From Octopus vulgaris (Eukaryota), in contig OX597817.1 in NCBI GenBank assembly GCA_951406725.2, positions 63,736,001 to 63,800,000 of the forward strand: a stretch of 64,000 nt of DNA, in the 5' to 3' direction. The notes under the pieces are model-generated. The model was given only the letters and a program-made list of their open reading frames with translations, searched no databases and was not told the DNA's origin. This document shows, piece by piece, positions 1-13,437 of the stretch. Each line of letters begins with the position of its first letter. The stretch's first letter is position 1. The translations under genes and the position numbers were made by a program.

Positions 1-70
1 TTGGCAATAATATCCTCTTTTTCCTTAAAATAATATCCATTTAGAACCACTTCTTTCACGGTTGCAATTT
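1..70 (-). CDS. Possible internal exon of an unidentified gene, running off the left edge
   Basis: Minus strand ctcatttctatttcag|AA ATT GCA ACC GTG... Only one frame is open: (x)IATVKEVVLNGYYFKEKEDIIA, phase-1 intron. No partner exon identified. Confidence 0.4.
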
Positions 71-1741
71 CTGAAATAGAAATGAGAGCACGAGAGAGAG
101 AGGGAGAGATAGAGAGATTGTGTGTGCGTGTGCGCGCGCGCATTAGAGAAAGAGAGACTGAGATAACATAACAGGTTAACCACTTGATCTGTACGATGGC
201 CCTGAACACAATCACTGCATAGAAACTAATAACATATCAGTGAGCGAATCCTTCACAAAGATCTTACACAATGAAACTACGCCTAAATTTGTTCATAATG
301 ATTTTCAGTAAAATAGAGAAGAAAACCCGTAAATTTACAAACAGATAAATATTTTCTTTTATATTTTCGACACCATACGAAATTAATTATAGCAGCATGT
401 TCAACAGGAATTGAGAAATTTTAGGTTGGCTAACATCTGCAATTTTATTATTTTGCAGCATTCTGAAGCGTAAGGAAATGTGATAGAAAAAAAGGTGTGG
501 TCGGTTGCAGAGGTAATAAACATAGTGTGTTCTTTAAAGATTACTGAATTTGGCATGTAGCCTCAGAATATCACACGCGTTTATAAGAAAAGATGCTTCA
601 GAAATAAATACAAGAGACGGATTTCCTTATTTTTTTTTTACCATTCTGAAAACGAAGAAAATGTAGTTTACATTTCTTTTTGGTTTCAGATAATATCTAT
701 GTAAGCCAAAATTTATTGTGATGTTGCTGTTTTGCAGTTTTTATTATATATTCAAACTAATTTTGCTTTCAGCTTTTGGATTTTAGGTCGTGTTCTTTAG
801 ATTCTGGCAAAAAAAGGAGAAATATTGATGTTTAACCTTTGGCTTTAATGAAAAACAATTCACAAAATAACAAAGCAATTTCCAAAACTCTGGATATAAT
901 TTCAACCACAAGAAATTGTACTTCAGGCTAGTTTACATTAATATAGGTTAAAGCGTTTCAAGTGTTACTCAGTTGATACTATGTATGTATGTATGTATGT
1001 ATGTATGTATGTATGTATGTATGTATGTATGTATGTATGTATGTATGTATGTATGGATGGATGTATGTATGTATGTATGCATGTTATGACACACACTTAC
1101 ACACACATATGTATATGTATTCAACAACATGCTTCTGAGTTCAATCCCACTGCGTAGCACCTTGAGCCTTCTATAGCCTCGAGGTGACAACCATGAGTCG
1201 GATCTACTGCTCATATTGGACTTGGTACCTCTCGTCGCTGACACGTGACGAAAGGGAATCTATCTTTCTCTCCATTTCCTTCCTAAAGACAAGACTTGCT
1301 TATACCTGTCTTCTCTCATGAGCTTGTCTTCCTAGCGTTCATAATAATTTTTCTATCGTCTTGGCTCAACAGCCCTCACCGTTTGTTTTTACTGTCTTGT
1401 TCTCACTGTCCTGTTCTTGTTACCACTTCCACCCTCCGCAAAAAGTCCAAAATTTTATTTAATTTGCTTTGCGGGTAGGACTGTTTCAACGAAGTCGCGT
1501 ATTGTCCTTACCTTCGTTGCGGAGTAGATGAAACAGGGATAACTGATGACGTGGAATATTCTTTATGTTTCGTGTCTCATTTCTCTGTGGTTTTTCGTTG
1601 TTCGAAAAAATTTCGTTTTCTATGTTTTTGTTTTTATTTTTTCGTTTCTCATTGTGTTCAACGTTTTTTTTATGTTCTCTACCTATATATGCATGTATAT
1701 ATACATATGTAGGTATGTACATATATGCATATATTTACATA

Positions 1742-1787
<46 letters not shown>

Positions 1788-2269
1788 AATAATTATATAT
1801 ACATACCTGCAGTACGCCACCAACATATTACAACTCATGGTTGTTTTTGTCTCACACTCAGCTCGGTGTTATGGTGCATGGCTAGCCCGAGCGTCCTACT
1901 TAGGTTCTAATGAATCCTGTAACTAATCTGTGATTGTGTATGTGTGTGTGTATGTGTGCATGTGTGCGTGTGTGTGTGTATGTCATTGTGTCTCTGTTCG
2001 TCCCCTACTACCGCTTGACAACCGCGTTAGTATGCTTACATCTTTGTAACGAAAGAGGCCTATAGGATAAGTACTGTTTATACCTCGTTCAGAGATTTAT
2101 TATTGCTTGTTTACACTTTTTCGAGATCAGTGACATTTCGTCACTGGAAACATCATCATCATCATCATCATCATCGTTTAACGTCCGTTTTCCGCGCTAG
2201 CACGGGTTGGACGGTTTCGACCGGGGTCTGGGGAGCTCGGGACTGCCCCAGGCTCCAGTAGGGGGGTTC

Positions 2270-2735
2270 GAAAAGTAGACACCTATAATGGTGGTGGGAG
2301 AAGCGACATCCGGTATAGATGGAGCAAAAATATAGAGATAGCTCTTAGCAAAGGAAGAGGGGGGATGGCAGACAACGTAAAAGAGGGAGAGAGAGAAGGG
2401 AAATAGTGGAACCCCGCGAAAATGGGCCGCCATTGAAAAAAACCCCTGTATGGAGAAATAATATGCAATACAAGGCGAAGCTGAAAATAGTAATGTATTT
2501 GCATTGGGACCCCTTCGCATCGAAGACCAGTGATTGTCGTGCGTTGACGACGGGTAAATACCCAAAAATCCGGGTCCGTGCGTATCACGTCAGGTTGACG
2601 ATGGGAAGGATAGCTTCCCTTTGCAAATACTGATAGGGCACAGAAAGTGTGTCAATAGCCCGCTGGAGATGTTCTCCTGGGGTTACAAGCTACAGTAACA
2701 TCCACCCTTGGTGGTTAGCTACGTTTAGGTGGCAA
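2270..2735 (-). mobile_element. Possible Penelope-like 3' end remnant
   Basis: GEHL...DFWVFT...TGL resembles the E.FWI..L.T..P.GLN end of PLE endonucleases, followed by a pyrimidine-rich tail; heavily decayed. Confidence 0.3.
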
Positions 2736-2854
2736 ATATACTTCACACACACACACACAGACACACACATATATATATACATACATATATATATATGTAT
2801 ACATACACATATATATATATACATACATATGTATATGTATACATATATACATAC

Positions 2855-2901
<47 letters not shown>

Positions 2902-2902
2902 C

Positions 2903-2972
<70 letters not shown>

Positions 2973-3834
2973 CCATTCATGCGTATATTCATAGATATAT
3001 ACATACATGTATGTGTGTATGTGTGTGTGATGGGGGATCGTTTGTAGTTCCTGAATGCAAAATGGACAAACAATTCAGACACGCGACGCGCACGCACACA
3101 CACACGTAAGTAATATGTAACAGATGTATGTGGCCAAAGGTTTGGAACATAGGTCTGAAAATTAGAATTTTTATATTAAATGACCAAAGTTATATTTAGT
3201 CGGAGCGTATACTGGGCATAAAAATTTTAAGTTTTCAAAAAATGATCCAAACTTTTGCGAACGACTATATGTGATGTATAATATATGATATAAGTTTCAT
3301 TGCTAAAGAAATCATGTGACAGGATTTGTAGGTTTGTATCTAGTACAGCCAATCTTTTTCTGCCCAGGATTTTTTCTTTTTTGTGTATGTAACGACAACG
3401 GGTTTACAGGTGTGTCTACAGAGAGAGGTGGCTAAAATCTATAGATTCTCGTCATAGTATAGCATAGGAAATTCAAATGTGAGTATATGTGTATGTGCAA
3501 ATGACGAAATAACTTTAAAATATTTAATTACTTTTTATCTTTTATATATATATATGTGTTTCTGTGTGTGTGCGCGCGCGTGTGTATATGTATATATATA
3601 CACACACACACACATACACACAGAAACACATATAAAACGAAAGTTAGAGGAAAGTGAAAATGAAAGTATTTTGATGTGTGAAAACCATATTCTTTGTTTC
3701 TTTAAATTGAAAAATTTGTTAGCCTGGTAGACGGAAGATATAAAGAAATGAATTTATGTTTGTAGACGAAGACAGGATGTTGGAGAGGAGGTGACTATGT
3801 GGAGAGCAAGCAGTGGTGTTAAAGATATTCAATA

Positions 3835-4247
3835 TATACATAAATGCATGGATACATACATACATACATACATACATACATACATACATACATACATGCA
3901 TGCATGCATACATACATACATGCATGTACACACACAAACATGCATTCATACATACGTACATACATATATACATACGTACATACATATATACATATGTATA
4001 TACATACATATATGTGTGCAGGTGTCTATATATGTATGATGAATGTATGTACGTATGTATGTATGTTTGTAAGCAAGCATGTATGCGTGTATACATGTAT
4101 GCGTGTATACATGTATGCATGTATGTTATGCACACATATATGCGTACTTACATACATACATGCATACATACATATGTACGTACATACATACGTACACACA
4201 TAGACATCTACACACATATATATGGTATGTAGTATATTTATATTTAG

Positions 4248-4320
<73 letters not shown>
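3835..4320. repeat. Compound (TACA)n/(TATG)n/(TA)n microsatellite
   Basis: Direct reading; similar tracts at 980-1120, 2745-3030, 8430-8515, 51020-51280. Confidence 0.9.
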
Positions 4321-4324
<4 letters not shown>

Positions 4325-4325
4325 A

Positions 4326-4705
4326 GGCGTAGGAGTGGCTATGTGGTAAGTAGCTTGCTAACGAACCACATGGTTACAGGTTCAATCCCACTACGTAGCA
4401 CCTTGGGCAAGTGTCTTCTACTATAGCCTCGGGCCGAACAAAGCCTTGTGAGTGGATTTGGTAGACGGAAACTGAAAGAAGCTCGTCGTATATATGCATA
4501 TATATATGTATGTGTGTCTGTGTTTGTCCCCCCCAACATCGCTTGACAACCGATGCTTAGCGGTTCGGCAAAAGAGACCGATAGAATAAATGCTAGGCTT
4601 ACAAAGAACAAGTCCTGGGGTAGATTTGCCCGACTAAAGGCGGTGCTCCAGCATGGCCACAGTCACATGACTGAAACAAGTAAAAGAATAAACGAATAAA
4701 AGAAT
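4326..4705 (+). mobile_element. tRNA-derived SINE family A (internal microsatellite)
   Basis: A/B-box head (tggctatgtggtaag...ggttcaatccc), body ccttgtgagtggatttggtagacggaaactgaaagaa, tail gactgaaacaagtaaaagaata; many copies in window. Confidence 0.9.
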
Positions 4706-5402
4706 ATTGATAGAAAAACAGAGTCAGAAAAAGAAGCCATTGACGGACTGTAATAATAAAATATTGTTAATATTATTCAAGCTGCAGAATCGCTAGCACG
4801 CCGGCAAAGAGTTTAACGACATTTTCGTCCGTCTTTACGATTTGAGTTCAAATTCCGCCGAAGTCGACTTACTTTTCATCCTTTCGAGCTCGATAAAATA
4901 AGCACCAGTTGAGTACAGGTGTTGGTGTAATCGTTCTATCCTCTCCAAAATTTCAGGTAATATGTCTATAATAGAAAGAATCATTAATAAAATAAGATAA
5001 ATTAGTGTACATGAGACGCGCCTTGTATTTGATATCTCGATCGGGATCTTCTTCGAAGAAATGAGGAGCAGTCTTCTCGAAACGTCAACATTTATTTCTT
5101 CAAACGACGCTTGAGCTTAGCTTACGTGTTATATTTTACAAAAATATATACTCCAGCCAGATAGCCACGTTTGTAACATATTTACCTATTGTGATTCTGG
5201 TTGTAGACAATTCACTTTACTTACAACACTAAGCAGTAAAACTTATCGAACATGTCTTCAAATGTGATGGTTTACATTTTTTTTCTTTTTGATTTTTGTT
5301 TTTCAGGAGTGATTTCTTATATTTTGAAACCAAACGTGCCAAAGTATTAGATCGATATCTACCAATTATATAAAGGAAAATTTCTTCCCTTGGATACTAT
5401 AA

Positions 5403-5468
<66 letters not shown>

Positions 5469-5660
5469 TGCTGTTTTTGTTGTTGTTGTGGTAGTGGTGG
5501 TTGTGGAGGTGGTGGTGTGGTGGTGGTGGTGGTGGTGGTGGTGGTGGTGGTGGTGGTTGTGGTGGTGGTGGTTGTGGTGGTTGTGGTTGTGGTGGTGGTT
5601 GTTGTTATGGTGGTTGTGTAGTGGTGTGGTGGTTGTGGTGGTTGTAGTTGTGGTGGTGGT
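5403..5660. repeat. Compound trinucleotide microsatellite (TTA)n(TAG)n(TTG)n(TGG)n
   Basis: Direct reading of the sequence. Confidence 0.95.
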
Positions 5661-5849
5661 AGCAAATCGATATGCTTCGAAAGAGACTGTAATAGAATGA
5701 ATATATTGAATGTCAGTTTTTATGTGACGATTTGACGAGTCGAACCCAAAATAGAAAGTAATTAGCGATCTCAAAATTTAAGGATAACAAAACCGAATTC
5801 TAGACCCAGTTATTTGTGAGGTAGCTGAATCAATATTCTCGCGTCTTTA

Positions 5850-6005
<156 letters not shown>

Positions 6006-6100
6006 CAAAATGCATACACACATTGAATGATTATAAAGTCAGCGTTTATTTAAATACATTTCATTTTCAAAATTTAATAGAATCTACAGACAGAATATAA

Positions 6101-6494
6101 TCTCTATATATATAAAGCTGAAGTTGTCTGTGTATGGTAGGTTTTGGTAGCCTTCAACTAACACTATCTCCTCCGAGACCCTGCGGCGCAAGTTGACCAA
6201 AATTGAGAGTATGATAGAAGAAGGCTTGCTCTTCCTTCCGTAGACGAAAAAAATTCAAATCGGACCATGATACCACCAAAAATTATTTACATCAAAAATG
6301 TGCTTTTTTTCTATGAAAATCCCTAATTTTTACGATTTTTTGACTGCTGTGTCGCCATTTTTCGGTGTGTTTCAACCAGAAAAATGTTCACTTAAAGAGA
6401 ATAACAAGCTACATAATGCAAAATTTTTACTTTTCAAAAATTTCAATTCTAAAGGGTCGAAACAAGCCCGATCAACGCCGGGCGATACTTCTAG
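6101..6494 (+). mobile_element. Non-autonomous Helitron
   Basis: A|TC 5' end (tctctatatatataaag), subterminal hairpin gcccg-atcaacgc-cgggc (6466-6483), CTAG|T 3' end, no TSD. Confidence 0.8.
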
Positions 6495-6509
6495 TTTCTT
6501 ATAAATGCC

Positions 6510-6830
6510 TGTTTTCAAACTGATGACAGTTCTTGTTCAGGCACTGCTGATAACACAGAACAACGGCATCTTAAACAACAAGAAACATTTTGTTCAATAT
6601 TTGCATTCTCTTTCAATGGCAGCTATTAATTCATCGACTGTTGCTGGTTTTATACTGTAAACTGTATCTTTTTATTATCTCCATAAAAAAATGTCTAGTT
6701 GTGCCAGGATCTGAGAACGCGGTGGGTATTCTACTGAACCTCTGTAGAACCCACCTGTTTGGCAAAATCGTATCAAGGATGACCCTTACATTACTGCGGT
6801 TGTGTAGGGGTGCTTGAACTCGCTGACCAG
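6510..6830 (-). mobile_element. Tc1/mariner transposase C-terminal remnant
   Basis: QAPLH..NVRVILDTILPNRW ... IKDTVYSIKPATVDELIAAIE (cf. GAPPH...FP.RWIG ... LK..VY...P.T..EL). Confidence 0.65.
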
Positions 6831-7074
6831 AGTCAAAGCACTGCTACATCATCTTTAGTTTCTCCACGTTTTATACCCATACTGAAACACTGTTTTTAGT
6901 ATTACTCTGACAAAGAGGAACAAGGAAATACAAAGAGATACAAATGAGAAAAAAAAAGCAACAAAAACAAATTAAGAGAAATAAAAAATAAAGAATAAAG
7001 AAACCGTTTATTTATTCGATCTTTAACCAAAGGATGCGCATGTATGCAACTATTGCTGAATTATATTAATGGAT

Positions 7075-7458
7075 GGAAGCACTCCGTCGGTTACGACGAT
7101 GAGGGTTCCGGTTGATCCGAATCAATGGAACAGCCTGCTCGTGAAATTAACGTGTAAGTGGCTGAGCGTTCCACAAACACGTGTACCCTTAACGTAGTTC
7201 TCGGGGATATTCAGCGTGACACAGAGAGTGACAAGGCCGGCCCCTCGAAATACAGGTACAACAGAAACAGGAAGTAAGAGTGAGAGAAAGTTGTGGCGAA
7301 AGAGTACAGCAGGGATCACCACCATCCCCTGCCGAAGCCTCGTGGAGCTTTTAGGTGTTTTCGCTCAATAAACACTCACAACACCCGGTCTGGGAATCGA
7401 AACCGCGATCCTATGACCGCGAGTCCGCTGCTCTAACCACTGGGCCATTACGCCTCCT
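7075..7458 (-). mobile_element. tRNA-derived SINE family C
   Basis: Reverse of ggaggcgtaatggcccagtggttagagcagcggactcgcgg...ggtttcgattcccagacc (A/B boxes). Other copies at 23712-23857(-), 52620-52940(-) and a head at 10280-10352(+). Confidence 0.9.
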
Positions 7459-7617
7459 AATTATATTGATACAATACTGCGCATAAGATATGTAACATTC
7501 AGCAATTGATAGCTGATAATGATACGTTGAAACAATTGTAATGATTTGTAATAAAGCCTGTTCATTCCATCTTCTCGTATAGGTGCAGGCGTGGCTATAG
7601 CCGTAGGGGAGGTTACA

Positions 7618-8022
7618 GGTGCAGGCGTGGCTGTGTGGTAAGAAGTTTGTTTCCCAACCACATGGTTCCAGGTTCAGTCCTACTGCGTGGCACCTTGGGA
7701 CAGTTTCTTCTATTATAGCCTCGAATCGACCAAAGCTTTGTGAGTGGATTTGGTATACAGAAACTGAAAGAAATCCGGCGTATATGTATATGTATATATT
7801 TGTGGGTGTTACTTTTTGTCTGTGTTTGTCCCCACCACTGCTTGACAACCGGCGTTGGTGTGTTTATGTCCCCGTAAATTAGCGGTTCGGCAAAGAGACA
7901 TGTAGAATAAGTACTAGGTTTTGAAAAATAACTCCTAGATTCGATTTGTTCGACTAAAAACTTTCAAGGCGATGCCACAGCATGGCCGCAGTCAAATGAC
8001 TAAAACAAATAAAAAAGTAAAA
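7618..8022 (+). mobile_element. SINE family A
   Basis: Diverged full-length copy with a duplicated head fragment at ~7580. Confidence 0.85.
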
Positions 8023-8023
8023 G

Positions 8024-8084
<61 letters not shown>

Positions 8085-10036
8085 CTGGCCACTCCGTAGG
8101 TTACGACAACAATCGTCTCAGTTGAGTTGATTCGATGAACGGAACATCCACCTCGTGAAATTAACGTGCAAGTGACTGAGCGCTCTAGAGACATGCATAC
8201 ACTTAACGTTTCAGTGTGCCATACTGAATGCGACAAAGCTGGCTCGTTAAGCTGCAAGTACAACTCATTTTTGTAAGCTCAGTAAACTGGATCAGCGCGA
8301 AACAAAGGCAACTTCGAAAGTCAAACTCACGACCTAACGGTCTTGAGCCGAATACATTAACCACTAAGCAACGTGCCTTCACGAACACACACACACACGT
8401 ATACACTCACGCACATACTCTACTCACATGTTTGTATGTATGTATGTATGTATGTATGTATGTATGTATGTATGTATGTATGTATGTATGCTTGTATGTA
8501 TGTATGTATGTATGCAGATTTGTATGTTTTGCTTTATATATGTATTCTCATGCATATAGTTGCATATCTAGACATGCTCATATATATTAAAATGATAAAC
8601 TTCGGAAAGTTTTACAGATTTTTACAGTTCCAGTGATGGATTCGGTCTGTAGTCTTCGAACTAGCTTTCTCCCTTCTGGTTTTGAGTAGCCTAATTTCTC
8701 AAGATTATGCATGTATGTAAGTATGTAAGTATGTATTAAGGTATAACTGTGAAGAACAATTACAATTATTTCAATAATATATACCGCTACATATTTGTTT
8801 CGAATTTTGGCACCAGGCCAGCAAATTCGGGGTGGGGAGAGAAGTCGATTACGTCGACTCTAGTGTTCGACTGGTACTTATTTTATCGTTCCCGAAAGGA
8901 TGAAAGGCAAGGTCGACCTGAGCGGAATTTGAACTCAGAATGTAAAGACGAACGAAATGCCTCTAAGAACTTTGCCTGGCGTGCAAACAATTCTGCCAGC
9001 TCACCGCCTTTTGATAGGACTAAGGTGCCATACAGAGACCCAAAATTGAACCAAGGATCTTTAGATCTAAAGCCTAACGCTCTCACAGCTTAACTATTTC
9101 GACGGTGCAGTATACCGCTATATATTGATATATATTGTTATATATATAAAAGTGGACGCGTGCATATACATTAAAGTATTTTCGATGGTAAGTTATATAC
9201 GGAAATGGTAAAACAGATATTTAAAGAATTGATCTAAATAACTTGAAGCATAATAATGTGTAATATTTTAGAAGTGAAGTTTACAAGATGTAAATTTTGA
9301 CAATTTGGTTGTAGACATAAATATTTATGAACATCACATCGTATATGACCATCGCATCCCATGTTTATCAGTTTCTCATTACACAATGCTTCTAGATACA
9401 TTTTTACACGAATCCAGATAATTCAAGGTAACTCAATTGCTTATATTATTCAGTTCGTCATAATGTCCATAAAATAATAAAATAAAAATAAGACACACTG
9501 AATATTTGTACATATAAAATAATTCAACTAACAAGCAACAGGAAACAACGCCGGAAAATGTTGACAAAATTGAGATTGGCGGAAAGTTTAAGAATATTGA
9601 ATTATGATGTTTTTTAATCGGCCATCGAACTTCGACAAACATGGCTCCTTTGTATATTAGTTTACAAAATAACAGAAGAAAAACTATTTTGTTGTTAAAA
9701 ATAATAAAACTAGGTGTTTTATTTACTACTTTGTTTTTGGTACGTGCGAGCAGAGGGGATGCAGGCGCATGACTATTGTTTTGACAGTTGTACGCGTGAT
9801 CTCCAAATCGTGGGTTCGATTTCCAGACCGGGTGGCGCGTTGTGTTCTTCAGCAAACAGTTAATTTCACGTTTCTCCAGTCCCCACTTTCCATCAGGGAT
9901 GGGAAATATTGGCCTGCTCTCCTAACCAGCAGGGAAGAGTCATTCGAAGGCTAAAACGGTGCAAAGCAGATTGTGATCAGCGATTTGTAACATCTGATAG
10001 TCACGTTGGTCACGTGATCACGTTATGTATGTGCGT

Positions 10037-10098
<62 letters not shown>

Positions 10099-10680
10099 TA
10101 TAGGTATAGTGATGTAAACAGGAAAAATAGAACTCAGATTATGAGTATATGTATATTCTTATTAATATTTAGCAGAAGCTAAGACTCAAGGCCCGAGAGT
10201 TTCGTGTGCTGGCACTTATCTATAAGTTTCGTGCCAACGTACGAAACCCTCAGATCTTGAGTTATTCTGTTGCTCCCTGTGGAGGCGCATGGTCCAGTGG
10301 TTAGGGCAGTGGACTCGCGGCGGTAGGATCGCGGTTTCGATTCCCAGACCGCAAGTTTTCACTGATACACATTAATCGCATACATTGTTGAGATGGGTAG
10401 TCTTCTATGACCCTCAGATCAGTAAGACTCCCTGATGAGAACTAAGTGTTATTTTCACAAAGTTAGAAATCGTGTCGATACGAGCATGACTCGCTTTCAA
10501 TTTACGATTCTTTTCGTTATTGGTACGGGGGCTTAAAATTTCTACTCATTACTCCGATTTCAGTTAATATGCATCAGAGAAAATTTGTGGTTGCAGTCGT
10601 CTTCTAATTGCTATTTTTAGCATGCTTGTGCTGCTTGTAGCACTCTTAATTATCTATATCTATATCTATATATCTATCTA

Positions 10681-10774
<94 letters not shown>

Positions 10775-10890
10775 CATATATATTGTGGTATTTCGGATCA
10801 GTCACTTTTTTCCCAAATAAACACACGCACGATATATTTTTTCTTCATTCGTTTAGTACTGTTCTTATTTTATTATTTTAACTCATGACC

Positions 10891-10950
10891 ATTGTCCAGA
10901 AATCTTTCGTCACACATCTGTGAACACATCTGTGAACTCTTCAGCGACAC
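10891..10950 (-). ncRNA. Degenerate hammerhead-ribozyme-like motif
   Basis: gtgtcg-CTGAAGA-gttcacagatgtg(12-nt duplication)tgac-GAAA-gatt-TC-tggac; stem I imperfect. Confidence 0.35.
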
Positions 10951-11379
10951 TTTTCGTTTTCGTGTGTTTTCTTGCTCCACTTACTCCATTCTGTTCTTCA
11001 AAGATGTGTATCCTTATGTGCGCATGCGTTTGTATCATTCTCTGTGTGTATGCTTGTGTGTGTCATAGTTTTTAGCAGCAGCGTGGCCTTCCTCTCGTCC
11101 CAATCCTCTTACTCCAGTGTTCTGCTGCTGTCCTAAGACCCGAAAAAAATATGGTGCAGTTCTTTTATTCCTCTGTGTACGGGGGTTCGTCCACGGTGTT
11201 ACCATCGTGGTAGTTGTTGTTATTGCCATCGTTGGCACCGCTGCTGCTGCTGACTGTGTTAGTTGTGTTGGTGACATTGTATGGCCGTCCATGAAGTTTC
11301 ATGTGTGTGCATTTATGTGTGCATGAGTTTACTTCTCTCTCTCTCTCTCTCTCACTCTCTCTCAAACACTCACACGCAA

Positions 11380-11435
<56 letters not shown>

Positions 11436-11499
11436 ACACACATTGTAATAGATAGATGTCTGTAATAAGATTTTTCGATTTCCGAAGCTTCTATAATAT

Positions 11500-11960
11500 A
11501 AGCATAGAAGGGACAAACAAGGACAGTCAAAGGGATTAAGTCGATTACATCGACCCCAGTGCGTAACTGGTACTTAATTTATCGACCCCGAAAGGATGAA
11601 AGGCAAAGTCGACCTCGGCAGAATTTGAACTCAGAACGTAACGGCAGACGAAATACCTATTTCTTTACTACTCCCAAGGGGCTAAACGCAGAGGGGATGA
11701 ACAAGGACAGACAAACGGATTAAGTCGATTATATCGAACCCAGTGTGTAACTGGTACTTATTTAATCGACCTCGAAAGAATGAAAGGCAAAGTCGACCTC
11801 GGTGGAATTTGAACTCAGAACGTAACGGCAGACAAAATACCGCTAAGTATTTTGCCCGGCGTGCTAACGATTCTGCCAATTCACTGCCCTACTTTATATA
11901 TCGACCCCAAAAGGATGAAAGACATATTTGACTTAATCGAGATTTGAACTCCCAACACCG
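11500..11960 (-). mobile_element. SINE family B, tandemly repeated body
   Basis: Repeated atcgaccccgaaaggatgaaaggcaaagtcgacctcggcagaatttgaactcagaacgt units. Confidence 0.9.
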
Positions 11961-12598
11961 GAGACTGGAACAAATAAAACAATGCCTTATAATTGATATT
12001 TTAACAACTCTATATATAGTGATATACACAACAAAATACCCAGAAGCAATACGAGTGTATATGCTACATTTATAGAGAACACTAAAAGCAAACTAAGGTA
12101 TTATAAAATAAGTATATATTTACGGTATATATATATATATAAGTATATATTTACGATATAAGTATCGTAAATGTTATCGTGCTAATGTTTATATCTCTTT
12201 GTGTATTCCAGTATCTGTTGTATATATGTATTTGTGATAAGTAAGCATATAGAATTAAGACGAGTAATTTTCTTTTACGACCTTATTTATATATAGATGG
12301 ATTGATATATGTATAATAATATGGAGAGCGATACAGTCATACATGCATACTTTCATATATACATACACACTCATACACACATATATATACACATATGTAT
12401 ACATAAGTGTGTGTATATATATATATGGGTATGTATGTGTATATGCATGTAGGTATGTATATGTTTATGTATATATGTTTATATGTATGTATATACGTAT
12501 ATATATATATATAAACATATATACATAAACATATACATACCTATATATATATGCGTATGTACATACTCGCGCGCTTTCGCTTTCTTTCTTCTTTTCCT

Positions 12599-12629
<31 letters not shown>

Positions 12630-13385
12630 CTCTCCCTCCCTCTCTCTCTCTCTCTCTCTCTCACACACAGACACATCGTAATAGATAGATCTCTGTAATA
12701 AGATTTTTCGATTTCCGAAGAATGGAAAATGTTTGTCTAGACAGTCATTACGTTGAGTATTTTTCTGTGGAATTTTATGATACATCATACATATCACTTT
12801 AGTTCTGAAGGAAGCTTCTATAATTTTAACTGTAACTCTCCTGCTATTAAAGCTAAAATAAAATTTGTAACCTAAGACTTCTCATCTGCCATACACCAAA
12901 ATAACTTTTTTTTTTCTGTTTTCCTATTTCTTACTTCCAGACTGAAGTTATCATTAAACTTCTTTGGATGTTCTTAAAGTTTGCTTTTCTATTTCACTGA
13001 GAAAAAAAAAAGATTATTTCTATCTTAGGCACAAGGCCTGAAATTCTGGGAGGTGGGGGTTTGCCGTTTAGATCGACCTCAGTGCCTGACTGATACTTAT
13101 TTTGCCGACCTTGAAGGTATGAAAGGCAAAGTCGACCTCGGCGGATTTGAACTCGGAACGTAAAGCTGGAAGAGATGCCTCTAAGCATTTTGTCCAGCGT
13201 GCTAACGATTCTGCCACTCGCCGCCTTTAAATATGATATTAAGGAAAATGAAAGTGCATCCAGGAACGTGCGTTGAATAAAAACTAAGTAGGGAAATGAA
13301 CGCCAGCATACTTAATTTTGTGAGCCAAGGTATTTGAACTAGTTAAAATCACGCCCTTAATGATGAGAACAATCCTGACGATAAA

Positions 13386-13437
<52 letters not shown>

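Noticed and set aside
10280-10352. tRNA gene-like sequence with A/B boxes
   Set aside because: Matches the head of SINE family C; no complete cloverleaf or terminator.
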